Below the pieces are notes generated by a model that worked only from the letters and a program-made list of their open reading frames with translations, made no database searches and was not told where the DNA came from. Shown here in pieces: positions 18,480-29,265 of a DNA stretch of 64,000 bases (the first letter of the stretch is position 1; each line of letters opens with the position of its first letter). The DNA comes from a virus. The translations under genes and the position numbers were made by a program. The stretch covers positions 1-64,000 of IMG/VR virus record IMGVR_UViG_3300046092_000205; one strand, given 5' to 3'.

Positions 18480-19625
18480 ATGGCCGTGAATCGAAAAACC
18501 CTACCACCAAAAGAGGAAAAAAAACAATCCTCAAGTTCCGCCCTTCAAAACTTTTTGAAGACAGCTACTCATTACAACAATGTAATTCCAGAAGAGACAA
18601 TTATTTCTTCTGGATCATTAATCCTTGATTCTGATATTCAAGTTAGGTCTGGAATGATTGTGCGCCTCGTTGGTAAAGGCTCAGAAGTTGGAAAGTCTAG
18701 TCAAGGATTTGTTTTCCTTGAAAACTATATGAAGACAATGCCAAACTCAAAGTGCTTATATGTGAAAGCAGAAGGGCGTCTTTCTAAAGATAAGTCAGCG
18801 AAGACTGGCCTTAAATTTGTTTATGATATTGAAGATTGGACAGAGGGAACGGTGTTTGTTGTTTGCTCAAATATCGCAGAACCAATTTTTAAGCTCATCG
18901 TCGATACAGTCCATGATGCATATCACGCTGGAGAACGTATTGCGTGGATGATTGATTCTATGGATGGACTAATCCTAGAAGACGATTTGAAGAAGGGAGT
19001 GACGAGCGGAGGCATGGTTGCTGGCGTTCCTAAGCTAACTAAGTTGCTTTTTAGGCATTTAGCACTGCCTAATATGCATTATGATGCTCTTGGTATTATC
19101 ACGGGTCAATATGCTGCGCAAATTAAAATCGACACATACTCGCCTACCGCTCCAAACCAAGGGAGTTCTAGTGGTGGATCATCACAGCAGCATCAAGCAG
19201 ATTATGTTTTCGAATATCAGCCAGTGAATCAAGGAGACTTAATTCTCGAAAATGACGCACTTAAACCCGACAAGTTTACAAATAAAATTCTTGGTAAATT
19301 CGCCCGAATTAAGATTTTAAAATCCGCTGATGATGTTACTGGCAACATGTATTCAGTGCCAATTCGTCGCGGAGAGCAATATAAAGGTTCGCTTCAAGTT
19401 TGGCAGAGTAAAGAGGTAGCCGATTTATTAATTGGTTATCAGCTTCTATCTAAGGGTGGAGCGTGGTTGACTTTTGAAGCAGATATTATTGAATCAGCAA
19501 AATCAGAAGGTGTTGAACTCCAAGAAAAAATAAATGGAATCAACAAGCTATATAACTACCTTGAAGAAGATTCTGCGGCAATGGAATTTCTAAAAAAGAA
19601 AATCTTAGCAATCATTACTGAATGA
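18480..19625 (+). CDS. RecA/UvsX-like recombinase
   Basis: ISSGSLILD, P-loop GKSS, KAEGR, Walker B WMIDS, SSGG, KGGAW. Confidence 0.85.
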   Translation: MAVNRKTLPPKEEKKQSSSSALQNFLKTATHYNNVIPEETIISSGSLILDSDIQVRSGMIVRLVGKGSEVGKSSQGFVFLENYMKTMPNSKCLYVKAEGRLSKDKSAKTGLKFVYDIEDWTEGTVFVVCSNIAEPIFKLIVDTVHDAYHAGERIAWMIDSMDGLILEDDLKKGVTSGGMVAGVPKLTKLLFRHLALPNMHYDALGIITGQYAAQIKIDTYSPTAPNQGSSSGGSSQQHQADYVFEYQPVNQGDLILENDALKPDKFTNKILGKFARIKILKSADDVTGNMYSVPIRRGEQYKGSLQVWQSKEVADLLIGYQLLSKGGAWLTFEADIIESAKSEGVELQEKINGINKLYNYLEEDSAAMEFLKKKILAIITE

Positions 19626-20032
19626 CATTCCTTGATTTACAAGGCAGAAAAAAAACCCTAAAAAAAGCTACAAAATACTTAATAGATTGGGACGCTAAAA
19701 CTCGTTCTAAATTTCAAGATTCTGTTAAACAATTTTTACGTCCATATTGGAAGCGCGATCAGGTTTTTGAAGAACTAAGAATCGTTGGGACTCTTTGCAC
19801 ATTTGATTTGTATAATGCGTCCCAGAGAATTGCTTGCGAAGTTCAAGGGAGCCAACACGGTTCATACAATAAGTTTTTTCATCGCGGAAGTAAAATGAAC
19901 TTCCTTTCGCAAATTAAAAGAGACTTGGATAAGCATGAATTTTGCCGACTCAACAATATTATCTTGGTGGAAATTCTTCCCAAAGATCAACTTAGTGAGC
20001 AATTTTTTTCTGATTTAGGCGTATTATTGTAG
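19622..20032 (+). CDS. PD-(D/E)XK (Vsr/DUF559-like) nuclease
   Basis: FDLY..IACEVQGSQH, RDLDKHEFCRLNNIILVEI. Confidence 0.7.
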   Translation: MTFLDLQGRKKTLKKATKYLIDWDAKTRSKFQDSVKQFLRPYWKRDQVFEELRIVGTLCTFDLYNASQRIACEVQGSQHGSYNKFFHRGSKMNFLSQIKRDLDKHEFCRLNNIILVEILPKDQLSEQFFSDLGVLL

Positions 20033-20034
20033 AG

Positions 20035-20283
20035 ATGTCTAATCAATCATTCCAAATTCCAGAGCAGTTTCTAGTGAAACTCTACGAACTAACGGGTTCC
20101 GCCGATAAAAATAAAGGATTTATACTATTCTTAATAGATAACGATGGAAACCCGCGTCCTATTTTAAGTAAAATGGACATGTCAACAAATATGTGCCTAA
20201 GAAAATGCGCTGAGATATACTTGCGCGAACTTGATGATCATGATGCTATTGGCTCAAGTGAACGAGATGATCATGAAGAATAA
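20035..20283 (+). CDS. Hypothetical protein
   Basis: 82-aa ORF in operon. Confidence 0.6.
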   Translation: MSNQSFQIPEQFLVKLYELTGSADKNKGFILFLIDNDGNPRPILSKMDMSTNMCLRKCAEIYLRELDDHDAIGSSERDDHEE

Positions 20284-20286
20284 TCC

Positions 20287-20314
20287 TTGACTGTAACTTA
20301 AAACAGTTTATCTT
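20287..20314 (+). promoter_or_regulatory. Putative promoter TTGACT-N16-TATCTT
   Basis: Intergenic, 5 nt before helicase ATG. Confidence 0.5.
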
Positions 20315-20319
20315 TAAAT

Positions 20320-21819
20320 ATGCTATACGATTTCACTCTCCAACAAAAACTAATCACTTCCATTCTTAAATACCCACAAGAATGGTTGTCTGTTAAGTCT
20401 TTTTTTTCTGAAGATGATGTAGTCGATGGAGACTATAAAGATTCATTAGTTGTTTCTTTGGTGCGTCAAGCAGTGGAAAAGGGTGAGGCTGTTGATGCGA
20501 ATATTATCGCTCAACGAATTGAACGAATGAATCTAAATATAGATACGGATATGAGCTTAGCTCAATATGTCCTATCTCTTGGAATGAGGAACTGCGCGGA
20601 AGGATCTGTTTTAAGAATCGCTAAAGAGTTGAAGAAACTTTCTTTGAGGCGTGAATTAGCTGCCACTGGAGAAGAAATCAAGAAAAGGATGGAAAGCTTA
20701 GATCCATCGGCAAGCTATTCTGAGATCATTGAAACATCAGATTCAATTTACAACAAAAAAGTAAATCATTTTGAATTAGATGGTGATATTCCAGTAAATA
20801 TTTACGATGATATGGAACGTATCATTGAGGAGGCTGGAAAAAATCAAGACGAAGCAATTTTCGGTAAGTTTCCTACGGTAAATAAGATTTATGGGAGCCT
20901 CCATAAACCAGGAAATATTACTTGTATTACGAGTCGATCAGGAAGTGGCAAAACAACCTTGGCCATGGATGAATGCTGTTTTGTTGGCGACAAATACGAC
21001 ATTCCAGTGCTGCATTTTGACAACGGAGAAATGAGTATTGAAGAATTAACTTTTCGCCGCGCATCGTCGTTATCTGAAGTTCCACATCATCTTATTGAAT
21101 CTGGGAAATGGAGAAACAATCCTTTAACCGCACAAAAAGTTCGTGATGCTCTGAATAAAATCAAGAGTGGCAAAAGTAAATTTTACTACTACTGTGTTGC
21201 TGGTATGACGGCAGATGAAATGGTTGGCTTAGCAACAAAGTTTTATTACTCTACGGTTGGGCGTGGTAAAAAAATGATCTTGTCTTTTGACTATATTAAG
21301 ACAACTAATCAGCTTGGTGGAAGTATGACCGAATGGCAAGTGGTCGGAGAAATTGTTGATAAATTTAAAAAGTTTGTGCAGAAAGATATTCTTTTTGAAA
21401 ATCGGCCAATGGTTAGTATGTTCACATCTGTTCAGAGCAATAGAATGGGTGTCACAACAAATAAAAAAGCCGATCAAATTGTTGATGATGAAAGCACTGT
21501 GAGTTTGTCAGACCGCATTATTCAATTTTGCTCTCACATGTTTATCTTGAGAAAGAAAACAATGGATGAAATTGCTGAAGAAGGGGTTGAATTTGGCACT
21601 CATAAATTAATTTGCATTAAAGCGCGTCATCTTGGAGAAGACGTAATGGGTCACTTGGAGCCAGTGAAAGTAGGAGATAAATTACGCCAAAACTTTATCA
21701 ATTTGCAATTTGCTAATTTTGCTCTTGCGGAGAAGGGAGATCTGCGTAATATTGCGAGATCGAAATCAGTGAACCCAAAATTACAATCAGAATATGAAGA
21801 TGAGCCATCGCCATTTTAA
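20320..21819 (+). CDS. dnaB: Replicative DNA helicase
   Basis: SRSGSGKTT, NGEMS, FDYI, QSNR, SDRI, KARH. Confidence 0.9.
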   Translation: MLYDFTLQQKLITSILKYPQEWLSVKSFFSEDDVVDGDYKDSLVVSLVRQAVEKGEAVDANIIAQRIERMNLNIDTDMSLAQYVLSLGMRNCAEGSVLRIAKELKKLSLRRELAATGEEIKKRMESLDPSASYSEIIETSDSIYNKKVNHFELDGDIPVNIYDDMERIIEEAGKNQDEAIFGKFPTVNKIYGSLHKPGNITCITSRSGSGKTTLAMDECCFVGDKYDIPVLHFDNGEMSIEELTFRRASSLSEVPHHLIESGKWRNNPLTAQKVRDALNKIKSGKSKFYYYCVAGMTADEMVGLATKFYYSTVGRGKKMILSFDYIKTTNQLGGSMTEWQVVGEIVDKFKKFVQKDILFENRPMVSMFTSVQSNRMGVTTNKKADQIVDDESTVSLSDRIIQFCSHMFILRKKTMDEIAEEGVEFGTHKLICIKARHLGEDVMGHLEPVKVGDKLRQNFINLQFANFALAEKGDLRNIARSKSVNPKLQSEYEDEPSPF

Positions 21820-21856
21820 TATATCCAATGTCCTGTAATTGCGAAACTTCTGACCT

Positions 21857-22084
21857 ATGCTCCAACAATTAAAAACCCTTATTGCTACTTGCGACAACTG
21901 TGGATATGATCAAGAATTTCAATCCACAAAACATGAATACCCAGTTGGCTGGGCCAAAGCGGTTCGTCGAGAATACCTCGGAACACGCATGGACAACGAA
22001 AGAGATGCGCTATGCCCACACTGTATCCACTCAGTCCAAAATGGATTCAAAAAATACCACAAATCAACCATCTGTATCCCTTGA
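21857..22084 (+). CDS. Small zinc-binding protein
   Basis: TCDNCG...PVGW...LCPHC. Confidence 0.6.
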   Translation: MLQQLKTLIATCDNCGYDQEFQSTKHEYPVGWAKAVRREYLGTRMDNERDALCPHCIHSVQNGFKKYHKSTICIP

Positions 22085-23108
22085 ATTTGAAGCAGGACGA
22101 GTTTATGAGATACTATCTGACCTTGGATACCAACTACAGGATTTCGGCCAGTATTATCGAACTAAAGCGCTTTATCGAGGCGGCGATTCCACTAACTCAT
22201 TAAAAGTCTGGAAGAATTCTGGTTACTGCGTTGACTACGCTGCTGATAAAAAGTTTTCACTGAGAGAGCTATTAAGCCATCATATTCAAGATTGGCGAAA
22301 GATTAAAGAAATACTTGGTGGGCAAAAAGTTTTAGCCCCAATCAAAATTGAGAAAAAAATAATTATGCCAAGAATTTATCCACCTGATTGTTTAGACCGC
22401 TTACTTCCCAACTACTCATTTTATGAAAAACGTAAAATAAGTAAGGACGTTCAGCGTAAATATAAAATCGGATACGCTACTGTAGGCAAGATGTACCAAA
22501 GAATGGTTTTTCCAATCTATAATGAAAATGAACAAATTATTGGTTTTTCTGGAAGGCATATTGATTATAAAGAAGAAGCTAGTGCTCCAAAATGGAAACA
22601 TCTAGGAGAAAAGCAGGAATGGATTTTTCCATATAATCTACCCAGCTTATTAGCCGCCAAAGAAAAAATTGATAGTGGCGCAAAAGTAATGCTTGTTGAG
22701 AGTATTGGAGATTCTATGGTTTTAACAGAGAATGGATTAGAAAATCATCTTGTCACTTTTGGTTTGGGATGCTCGCCAACAATGCAGGGCTTCCTACTCT
22801 CTAAAGATCCAGAAGAAATTATTATCGTTGGAAACAATGATGAAGGCCCAAACTTTGATTACAACCGTGGATTAGTCGCCTCAATTAAAACATTGATGAA
22901 GTTATCTAGCATTTTCCCGATTGACAAATTAAAGATTCGGTTGCCTAGTCTTAATGACCTTGGGGAAATGCATGAAGCTGGTATTGATATAGTTAAGTGG
23001 TCCTGCAATCACGAAGTCTTGGCGAACTCAAAAATCAAAGAATTTATTAACACTAACCAACAATATTTTGCCGTGGATAAAGTGGCGAAATTTTTAAAGA
23101 AAATCTAA
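22041..23108 (+). CDS. dnaG: DNA primase (DnaG-like)
   Basis: RMVFPI...IGFSGR, PKW, TOPRIM VESIGD; start placed at ATG 22041. Confidence 0.85.
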   Translation: MDSKNTTNQPSVSLEFEAGRVYEILSDLGYQLQDFGQYYRTKALYRGGDSTNSLKVWKNSGYCVDYAADKKFSLRELLSHHIQDWRKIKEILGGQKVLAPIKIEKKIIMPRIYPPDCLDRLLPNYSFYEKRKISKDVQRKYKIGYATVGKMYQRMVFPIYNENEQIIGFSGRHIDYKEEASAPKWKHLGEKQEWIFPYNLPSLLAAKEKIDSGAKVMLVESIGDSMVLTENGLENHLVTFGLGCSPTMQGFLLSKDPEEIIIVGNNDEGPNFDYNRGLVASIKTLMKLSSIFPIDKLKIRLPSLNDLGEMHEAGIDIVKWSCNHEVLANSKIKEFINTNQQYFAVDKVAKFLKKI

Positions 23109-24187
23109 TGTCCTTACAAATAACTCAATCAGCTAGCAAAGTTAAAACAGCATTAGGTTGCTCTTGGAAATACTACAGTAGTTACCTTTTGCACATTCCA
23201 TCACGCTCCAACAATGGAGCGAAAGTCGGGGGTAATGTCCACATCATTCTTGAGTGCCTTGCTGTTGACAAAAGAAAAGCGCTAGTTCAAAAAATTCTTG
23301 AAGCTAAAGATATTTTTGTTAGCCAAAGCATTAGACATTTAACTTATAAACTAGCGCGTAAAAACGATACTGATACGCCAGAAAATATTGAAAAGGTTAA
23401 AGATTTTGTATTGAATGGTTTGTCTTATGATTTCTATGGAAATCTTCGTGAAAACTTAGCTCATTCTTATACAGAAAAAGATTTCTTATTCGAAGAGCCA
23501 GAGAAATATAAGATCAGGGGATTTATTGACCGCCTCTTTCTTTATGAAGACGGTCATGCTTTAATTAGAGATTATAAAACGAGCAAAGAAACTTATCGAG
23601 GCTCCGATATTAAAGATCCACTGCAAGCAAACTTCTACGCAAAAGCTGTTAGAAAAATGTCAGACGCAGGAATTATTCCTCCCGTTAAAACTATCAGTTG
23701 TGAGTTTCTTTTTCTTAAGTTTGATTGCTCTTTGGAATCGGAATGGGCAACAGGAGAGTATCAAGGGAAAGTCACAAAAAAACAGTATCACAATGGTGGA
23801 GGTAAAATCACTGTAAATTTCACAGAGGAAGAAATTGATGGGTTTGATTATGAGCTAGAGGATTACCAACAATATCTTGAATCTTTTGATGAAGAAAAAG
23901 CTACTGAAAATTTTGCTGTAGATCAAGGTATGCCATCTGATGATTCTTTTTCTGGTAAACTATTGTGTGGTTTTGGAACTTATGCTGGCCAACTTAAAAA
24001 AGATGGCACGTTAATGTTTTCCTGTGAGGCCCGTCACCCATTCCCCTATTATTATATCGAAAAAGATGGCCAATGGATTGCATCTTGTTTTATTGATGAA
24101 CGCGAAAAGCTCTTGACAAAGTATCCTATTGAAGTATATTTATGGACAGAAAAATTCTACAGCGGCTGTCTGCGCCATCAAAAATAA
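23108..24187 (+). CDS. RecB/Cas4-like PD-(D/E)XK exonuclease
   Basis: CSWKY, RGFIDRL, IRDYKTSK, QANFY, C-terminal cysteines. Confidence 0.82.
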   Translation: MSLQITQSASKVKTALGCSWKYYSSYLLHIPSRSNNGAKVGGNVHIILECLAVDKRKALVQKILEAKDIFVSQSIRHLTYKLARKNDTDTPENIEKVKDFVLNGLSYDFYGNLRENLAHSYTEKDFLFEEPEKYKIRGFIDRLFLYEDGHALIRDYKTSKETYRGSDIKDPLQANFYAKAVRKMSDAGIIPPVKTISCEFLFLKFDCSLESEWATGEYQGKVTKKQYHNGGGKITVNFTEEEIDGFDYELEDYQQYLESFDEEKATENFAVDQGMPSDDSFSGKLLCGFGTYAGQLKKDGTLMFSCEARHPFPYYYIEKDGQWIASCFIDEREKLLTKYPIEVYLWTEKFYSGCLRHQK

Positions 24188-24188
24188 A

Positions 24189-24929
24189 ATGATTCCACTC
24201 TTCAAGTCTACTTACTCCCGCAAGAGCATACTCACTCTTGATAAACCATCACCACCAAACTCTGGCCCAGATTCAATTCTTTCCATTGCCAAAGACTACA
24301 GCTTGGATCAAATAGTTTTAGTGGAGGATGAGTTCACTGGCTTTAAAACTGCACTTGACAGATGTAAAGAATTGGGTATTAAATTGATTTTTGGCATCCG
24401 TTTCAATATCTGCAATGATAGGATGGCGGAGGATAAAAAGTCATCAAATCATAAATTAATCGTTTTCGCTAAAAATGACAATGGCGCAAAGCTTTTGATG
24501 AAACTCTATTCTTTAGCGTTTTCTGAGTCAGAAGGTTTTTTAGACTGTATGACTTTAAAAGATAAATGGTCGCCAGACTTAGCCCTTGCAGTTCCATTTT
24601 ATGATTCATTTATGCATCGTAATTCTTTTTACTTCCAGACTTGTATTCCAGATTTGGGGTTCGCAGCGCCCACATTATTCTTGGAGAATAATGGTTTACC
24701 TTTTGATGAAAAACTTCGATCTAAAGTATTTAAATTAGCCGAAGAAAATAATTGGCTCACCAAGGAAGCGAAAACCATTTACTACCGCAATAAAAAAGAC
24801 TACGAATCGTATGTCACGTATCGTATCATAACTGGTCGAATTGGCGGTAAGAATCAAACCTTAGATAAACCCGAATTGGAGGATATGTCTAGTAATGAAT
24901 TCAGTTGGGAAAGCTTTGTGGAAAAATAA
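24189..24929 (+). CDS. Stand-alone PHP domain of DNA polymerase III alpha
   Basis: PLFKSTYS, GIKLIFG, LIVFAKNDNGAKLLMKLYS match the DnaE N-terminus. Confidence 0.78.
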   Translation: MIPLFKSTYSRKSILTLDKPSPPNSGPDSILSIAKDYSLDQIVLVEDEFTGFKTALDRCKELGIKLIFGIRFNICNDRMAEDKKSSNHKLIVFAKNDNGAKLLMKLYSLAFSESEGFLDCMTLKDKWSPDLALAVPFYDSFMHRNSFYFQTCIPDLGFAAPTLFLENNGLPFDEKLRSKVFKLAEENNWLTKEAKTIYYRNKKDYESYVTYRIITGRIGGKNQTLDKPELEDMSSNEFSWESFVEK

Positions 24930-24930
24930 T

Positions 24931-25269
24931 ATGAACCGACAAAAATGGCTAAAATCTTTAAAACGCGGCGATAAAGTTTGGATTGTTCCTTTTCAATTTT
25001 ATTGCGTGAGCCGATTAACTTGGAAGCAAACATTTGGTGGGTGGTTTGATTTAAAAGGTTCGAATGGAGAAGATTGTCTTTTAGACTATGGTGGTCTTTT
25101 GCAGTTTCCCGCCTCAAATATCTTTCCAACAAAGAGAGAGGCGCAAATTTTTGCCGCACCTTTAAAAATTAAATTCATTAAGAAAAGAATGAATTCTCTG
25201 AACAAAGAATCACAAAAGCTCTATAAAGAATGGAGTAAACTTGAAAAAATTTTAGAAAAACATGACTGA
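24931..25269 (+). CDS. Hypothetical protein
   Basis: ORF filling the gap; C-terminal coiled coil. Confidence 0.55.
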   Translation: MNRQKWLKSLKRGDKVWIVPFQFYCVSRLTWKQTFGGWFDLKGSNGEDCLLDYGGLLQFPASNIFPTKREAQIFAAPLKIKFIKKRMNSLNKESQKLYKEWSKLEKILEKHD

Positions 25270-25897
25270 TCAACTATTAAGATTTAATTACGGGCAGAAA
25301 TTCATTACATTTGATTTCGAAACAGCCAATCTTGCATTGGGAACTGGTCTTCCATGGCAGCTTGGCTATATAACTCATCAAGGTAAAAAACAAACTGGCG
25401 AATTTGAGCGAAAAATATTTTGGCCAGATTATCAAATAGCTGATAATATTGCAATGCTAAATCATTTTGATCAGCATACCTACGAAAGTGAAGCTCGCGA
25501 CCCACTGGAGGTTTTAGAAGAATTTGAAGCTTATCTTTACAATCCAGAGTATATTGTAGTTTCAATGAATGGATTGGGTTTTGATTGCTTTATCCATAAT
25601 AATTGGAGGAAGGCTCTTGGTAAAAAAACAGACTATTCATGGATGAATAGACACTTGGATATTTTACCTTTGTATAGAGCGGTTCACGGTGGAGCTAAAG
25701 TCGCTGATAATGACGATCTTTTATGCTGGCAATATAGACATCTACACAATAGGGATCGAAAGGTTAAAGCTTCACTATCGGCGCAGTTAAAGTATTTTAG
25801 CATTCCATTTGATGAAGCTAATAAGCACGATGCGGTTTACGATGTAAAACTGACCTTTGAAGTCTTTCAGAAGATAATCTGGCAATTAGAAATCTAA
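25262..25897 (+). CDS. DEDDh 3'-5' exonuclease (DnaQ-like)
   Basis: FDFET, NGLGFD, HDAVYD. Confidence 0.88.
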   Translation: MTDQLLRFNYGQKFITFDFETANLALGTGLPWQLGYITHQGKKQTGEFERKIFWPDYQIADNIAMLNHFDQHTYESEARDPLEVLEEFEAYLYNPEYIVVSMNGLGFDCFIHNNWRKALGKKTDYSWMNRHLDILPLYRAVHGGAKVADNDDLLCWQYRHLHNRDRKVKASLSAQLKYFSIPFDEANKHDAVYDVKLTFEVFQKIIWQLEI

Positions 25898-25900
25898 TAC

Positions 25901-26533
25901 ATGAACATTATTCAAGTAGATAAAAAAACAGCCGATCACTGGATAACTCAAAAACATTATTCTCGTCGCGCATCTATTTTCTGGGCAGCATTCGGATTGG
26001 AAATTAATGGTAAACTTGAAGGCGTTGTGGTTTATGGTCAACCATCTCCACCTATTCAAAAGCACGCATTTAAAGATCGTGATTTTCGTTTGTATGAACT
26101 TTCGCGTTTAGTAATCCAAACAAAAGAAAAGAACGCGGCAAGTTTCTTGATTGGTAATTCGCTCAAGCTGCTAGAGAAACCATGTGCTGTCGTATCTTAT
26201 GCGGATAGCGAATGGAATCATTGCGGATTCGTTTATCAAGCTACAAATTGGCTGTATACTGGAGCAACAAAGTCTCACGATCATTCTTATATGGTAAACG
26301 GAGAAAGACTTCACCCAATGACCATTAGGGACAGATTTGGGGTTACTAATTTAAAGCAATGGGCAAAAGAAAATAAAATACAAACCATTAAACCTGCCGA
26401 AAAACATCGCTATTTTTATATCTGCGGAAACAAGCGAGAAAAAAAATCTATACTTGACAGACTGAACTATTCGGTGTTAAGTAGTTATCCAAAAATCAAT
26501 CCATCTCGATACAACGACGGCGACACTATTTAA
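25901..26533 (+). CDS. Mom-like DNA modification enzyme (GNAT fold)
   Basis: HYS, ELSRL, SYAD...HCGFVYQATNWLYTG, KHRY. Confidence 0.75.
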   Translation: MNIIQVDKKTADHWITQKHYSRRASIFWAAFGLEINGKLEGVVVYGQPSPPIQKHAFKDRDFRLYELSRLVIQTKEKNAASFLIGNSLKLLEKPCAVVSYADSEWNHCGFVYQATNWLYTGATKSHDHSYMVNGERLHPMTIRDRFGVTNLKQWAKENKIQTIKPAEKHRYFYICGNKREKKSILDRLNYSVLSSYPKINPSRYNDGDTI

Positions 26534-26534
26534 T

Positions 26535-28019
26535 ATGTTTGAAGAATTCCAATCACTAAATAAACCATTACTCGCGGGAGTTCGGCTTCCAAAAATTTCT
26601 ATTGAACCACGCTTCTATGAGCAATTAGAAGTTTCGCCAAAGGTTTCCAATTATGAATTTTTACGCCGCCTTTGCTGGAGGGGTATTAAAAAATTGGGAA
26701 TCGACAAGAAATCAAATGCCAAAGAATATTACGAGCAAGTCAAAAAAGAATTGACCACCTTTGAAGAGCTTTCTTTCACAGATTATATTCTTCTCAATTG
26801 GGAGATCCTCAACTTTTGCCATGAAAAAAATATCCCAACAAATGCTGGTCGAGGTTCTGCTGGCTCATCATTAGTTTTGGCTCTTATCGGAGTTACAAAA
26901 ATTGATCCCTTTGAATACAAGCTCTTCTTTGAGAGGTTCGTTTCCAAAAGTCGAGCCAAGAAAATTATTGACGATGGAATAACCTATCTTGATGGATCAC
27001 TAGTTCCAGACGTTGACAATGATATTGATTACAGTCGTCGTCATGAAGTAATGTCTTTCATCGAGGAGAAGCATAGAGGACGCACATGCAAAATCCTTAC
27101 ATTGAATACTCTTAGTGGAAAACTCTGCATTAAAGAGGCTCTCAAAATTGTTGATGGAGTTAATGAGGATATTGCGAATGCTGTTTCAAATTCTATTCCA
27201 AAAAAGTTTGGAAAGGTTTTGGATTTTGAAGATGCAATTAAAGAAAGCCCAGCTTTTGCTCAATACATCAAGCAGTATAGTCGCTCTTACGAAGTGGCTC
27301 TTAAGCTGGAAGGATTGATTAAAAACACTGGCGTTCATCCATCTGGAATCGCTATCTGCCATGATGATCTTGATGATACAATGCCGTATGGAAGAACAAA
27401 AGATGGCGACCTTATTTCTGGATTTGAAATGAATGACGTTGCATCAGTAGCAATTAAGTTTGATATTCTTGGGCTAAGAACACTAACAGTTTTAGACCAA
27501 GTTTGCAAAATGACAGGACTGGTTCTTGAAGATATTGATAAAGACGATAAAGAAACATATCAATTCTTGCAGAACTTAATTGCTCCTCAAGGCTTATTCC
27601 AGATTGAAACCGATACTGGATTTAGAGTTTGTCAAAAAGTGCGGCCTAAAAACCTACATGATTTATCTGCTGTGTTAGCAATTGCGCGCCCTGGGGCTTT
27701 GGCTTTTGCGGATCAATATGCAAAGTTTTCTAATACTGGTGAGGTAACAAGTATTCACCCATTCTTTGATGACATTCTAGGTTGGACAGGATCAATTCCT
27801 CTATACCAAGAACAGTTGATTGCAATGGCCCGTAAAATTGGGTTCACCGCTGATGAAGGCGAGCAACTGAGGCGCATAGTTGGCAAAAAGAAAGTCGATC
27901 AGATGAAAGAGTGGCGCGAGAAGATCCAATTAAAAATTCAAGAAAATAGTCTTGATACAAAAATTGGAGAAATCTTATGGAAAGTTGCTGAGGACTCTGC
28001 GAATTATAGCTTTAATGCT
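26535..28019 (+). CDS. dnaE: DNA polymerase III alpha catalytic N-extein
   Basis: GRGSAGSS, FERF, PDVDND, GVHPSG, KFDILGL, YQEQ, ANYSFNA. Confidence 0.95.
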
Positions 28020-28304
28020 TGCCTTTCTCCAGAAACCGTTGTTCAAAAAGAATCTGGATTTGACTGTCTTTCCAATATCAAAAAAGGGGACAAAGTGTTG
28101 GCTTATGACGTAAAAAATAAGAAAGACCATTTTGTAGAAGTTGTTGATATTCATCCTAATTTTGTAGAGCTATTTAAGATTGAATTTGAAGATGGAAGGA
28201 TAATCGAATGTTCCATGGATCATAAATTTCTCTGCGAGGACGGAAAAATGAGGGCGATGAAAAATATATTGAGAGGTAATCATAGTATTGTGTGTAAAGA
28301 TTAG
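28020..28304 (+). mobile_element. Split intein N-half (94 aa) fused to DnaE
   Basis: CLSPET block A, CSMDHKF block B, stop 28304. Confidence 0.92.
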
Positions 28305-28305
28305 T

Positions 28306-29265
28306 ATGGCCATCATTGAATATAGCGATAACAAAAAAATCATACCTCAATCAGCATTTGAAACTTGCTTAATTTCTGGGAAAACAAAAACTCAAATTTC
28401 GAAAGAGTTTAGGGGAAGGGAAAATGGAGTCTATTACTTAGATAAATTTGCAAATAATTTAAAAGGCTACGATATTTCTGTTAAGGAGTATGTTTGCCGA
28501 TTCTTAAAAATTGAATGGCCAAAATGTCCAGTATCAAATGAAGACGTAGGATACCTCATCCGAGGTAACGGCCTTATTTTTAGCTTATTTAAGAGAGGAA
28601 GGGTAAACAAAGAACATTGCGAGGCATTTAGAAAAGGATGCGAAAAACTCTCCAAAGATAGAGTGGGGGAAAATAACCCAATGTTCGGCAGGGATTCGTG
28701 GAATAAAGGTCTTTCTATCGAAGACGAAAGAGTAAGAAAAATGGCGGAAAAAACTCGTGGGAGAAAAGCCTCGCAAGAAACGAGGGAAAAGCAGAAAGCA
28801 GTTAGAAAAAATCATCCACTCAAAGCTAGGCACACTCAAAAACATAGTGAAGAAAGCAAGAATAAATGCAGAGAAGCCACTGCGAAAGGTTGGGCAAATG
28901 GGCGATTTAATAAAAAAACTTCTATCGAACAGAAAATGGAGGACTTTTTAAAAACGCTCCCCCTAAAAGAAGATTTCATTTTTCAGTTTCAACACGGTTA
29001 TTTTACTCTTGACTTTGCGTTTCCGAATGCTAAAGTGGGTATCGAGTGTCAAGGTGGATTTTTTCACACCGACCCTAGATTATACCCAAATGGTCCAAAA
29101 ACAAAAATACAAGAAAGAAATCTCGTTAGAGACATTGAGAAAAGGAAGTATTTTTCCTCAGAAAACTGGCAAACAATAGAGTGCTGGGAAATTGAAATAA
29201 ATAATAATAAATTTAAAGAAGAAATTATATGCGCTTTGCAAAAATTAAATCTGCTACAAGAATAG
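28306..29265 (+). mobile_element. Free-standing Vsr-like homing endonuclease with NUMOD3-like segments
   Basis: GENNPMFGR..WNKGL, HSEESK; TSIE...LDF...IECQGGFFH...RDIEK...WE. Confidence 0.85.

Noticed and set aside
18660-18705. Inactive RecA because of atypical P-loop GKGSEVGKSS
   Set aside because: Lys-Ser, catalytic Glu and Walker B remain; spacing change alone is insufficient
23108-24187. Cas4 as evidence of CRISPR-Cas
   Set aside because: No other cas genes or array; sits in the replication block
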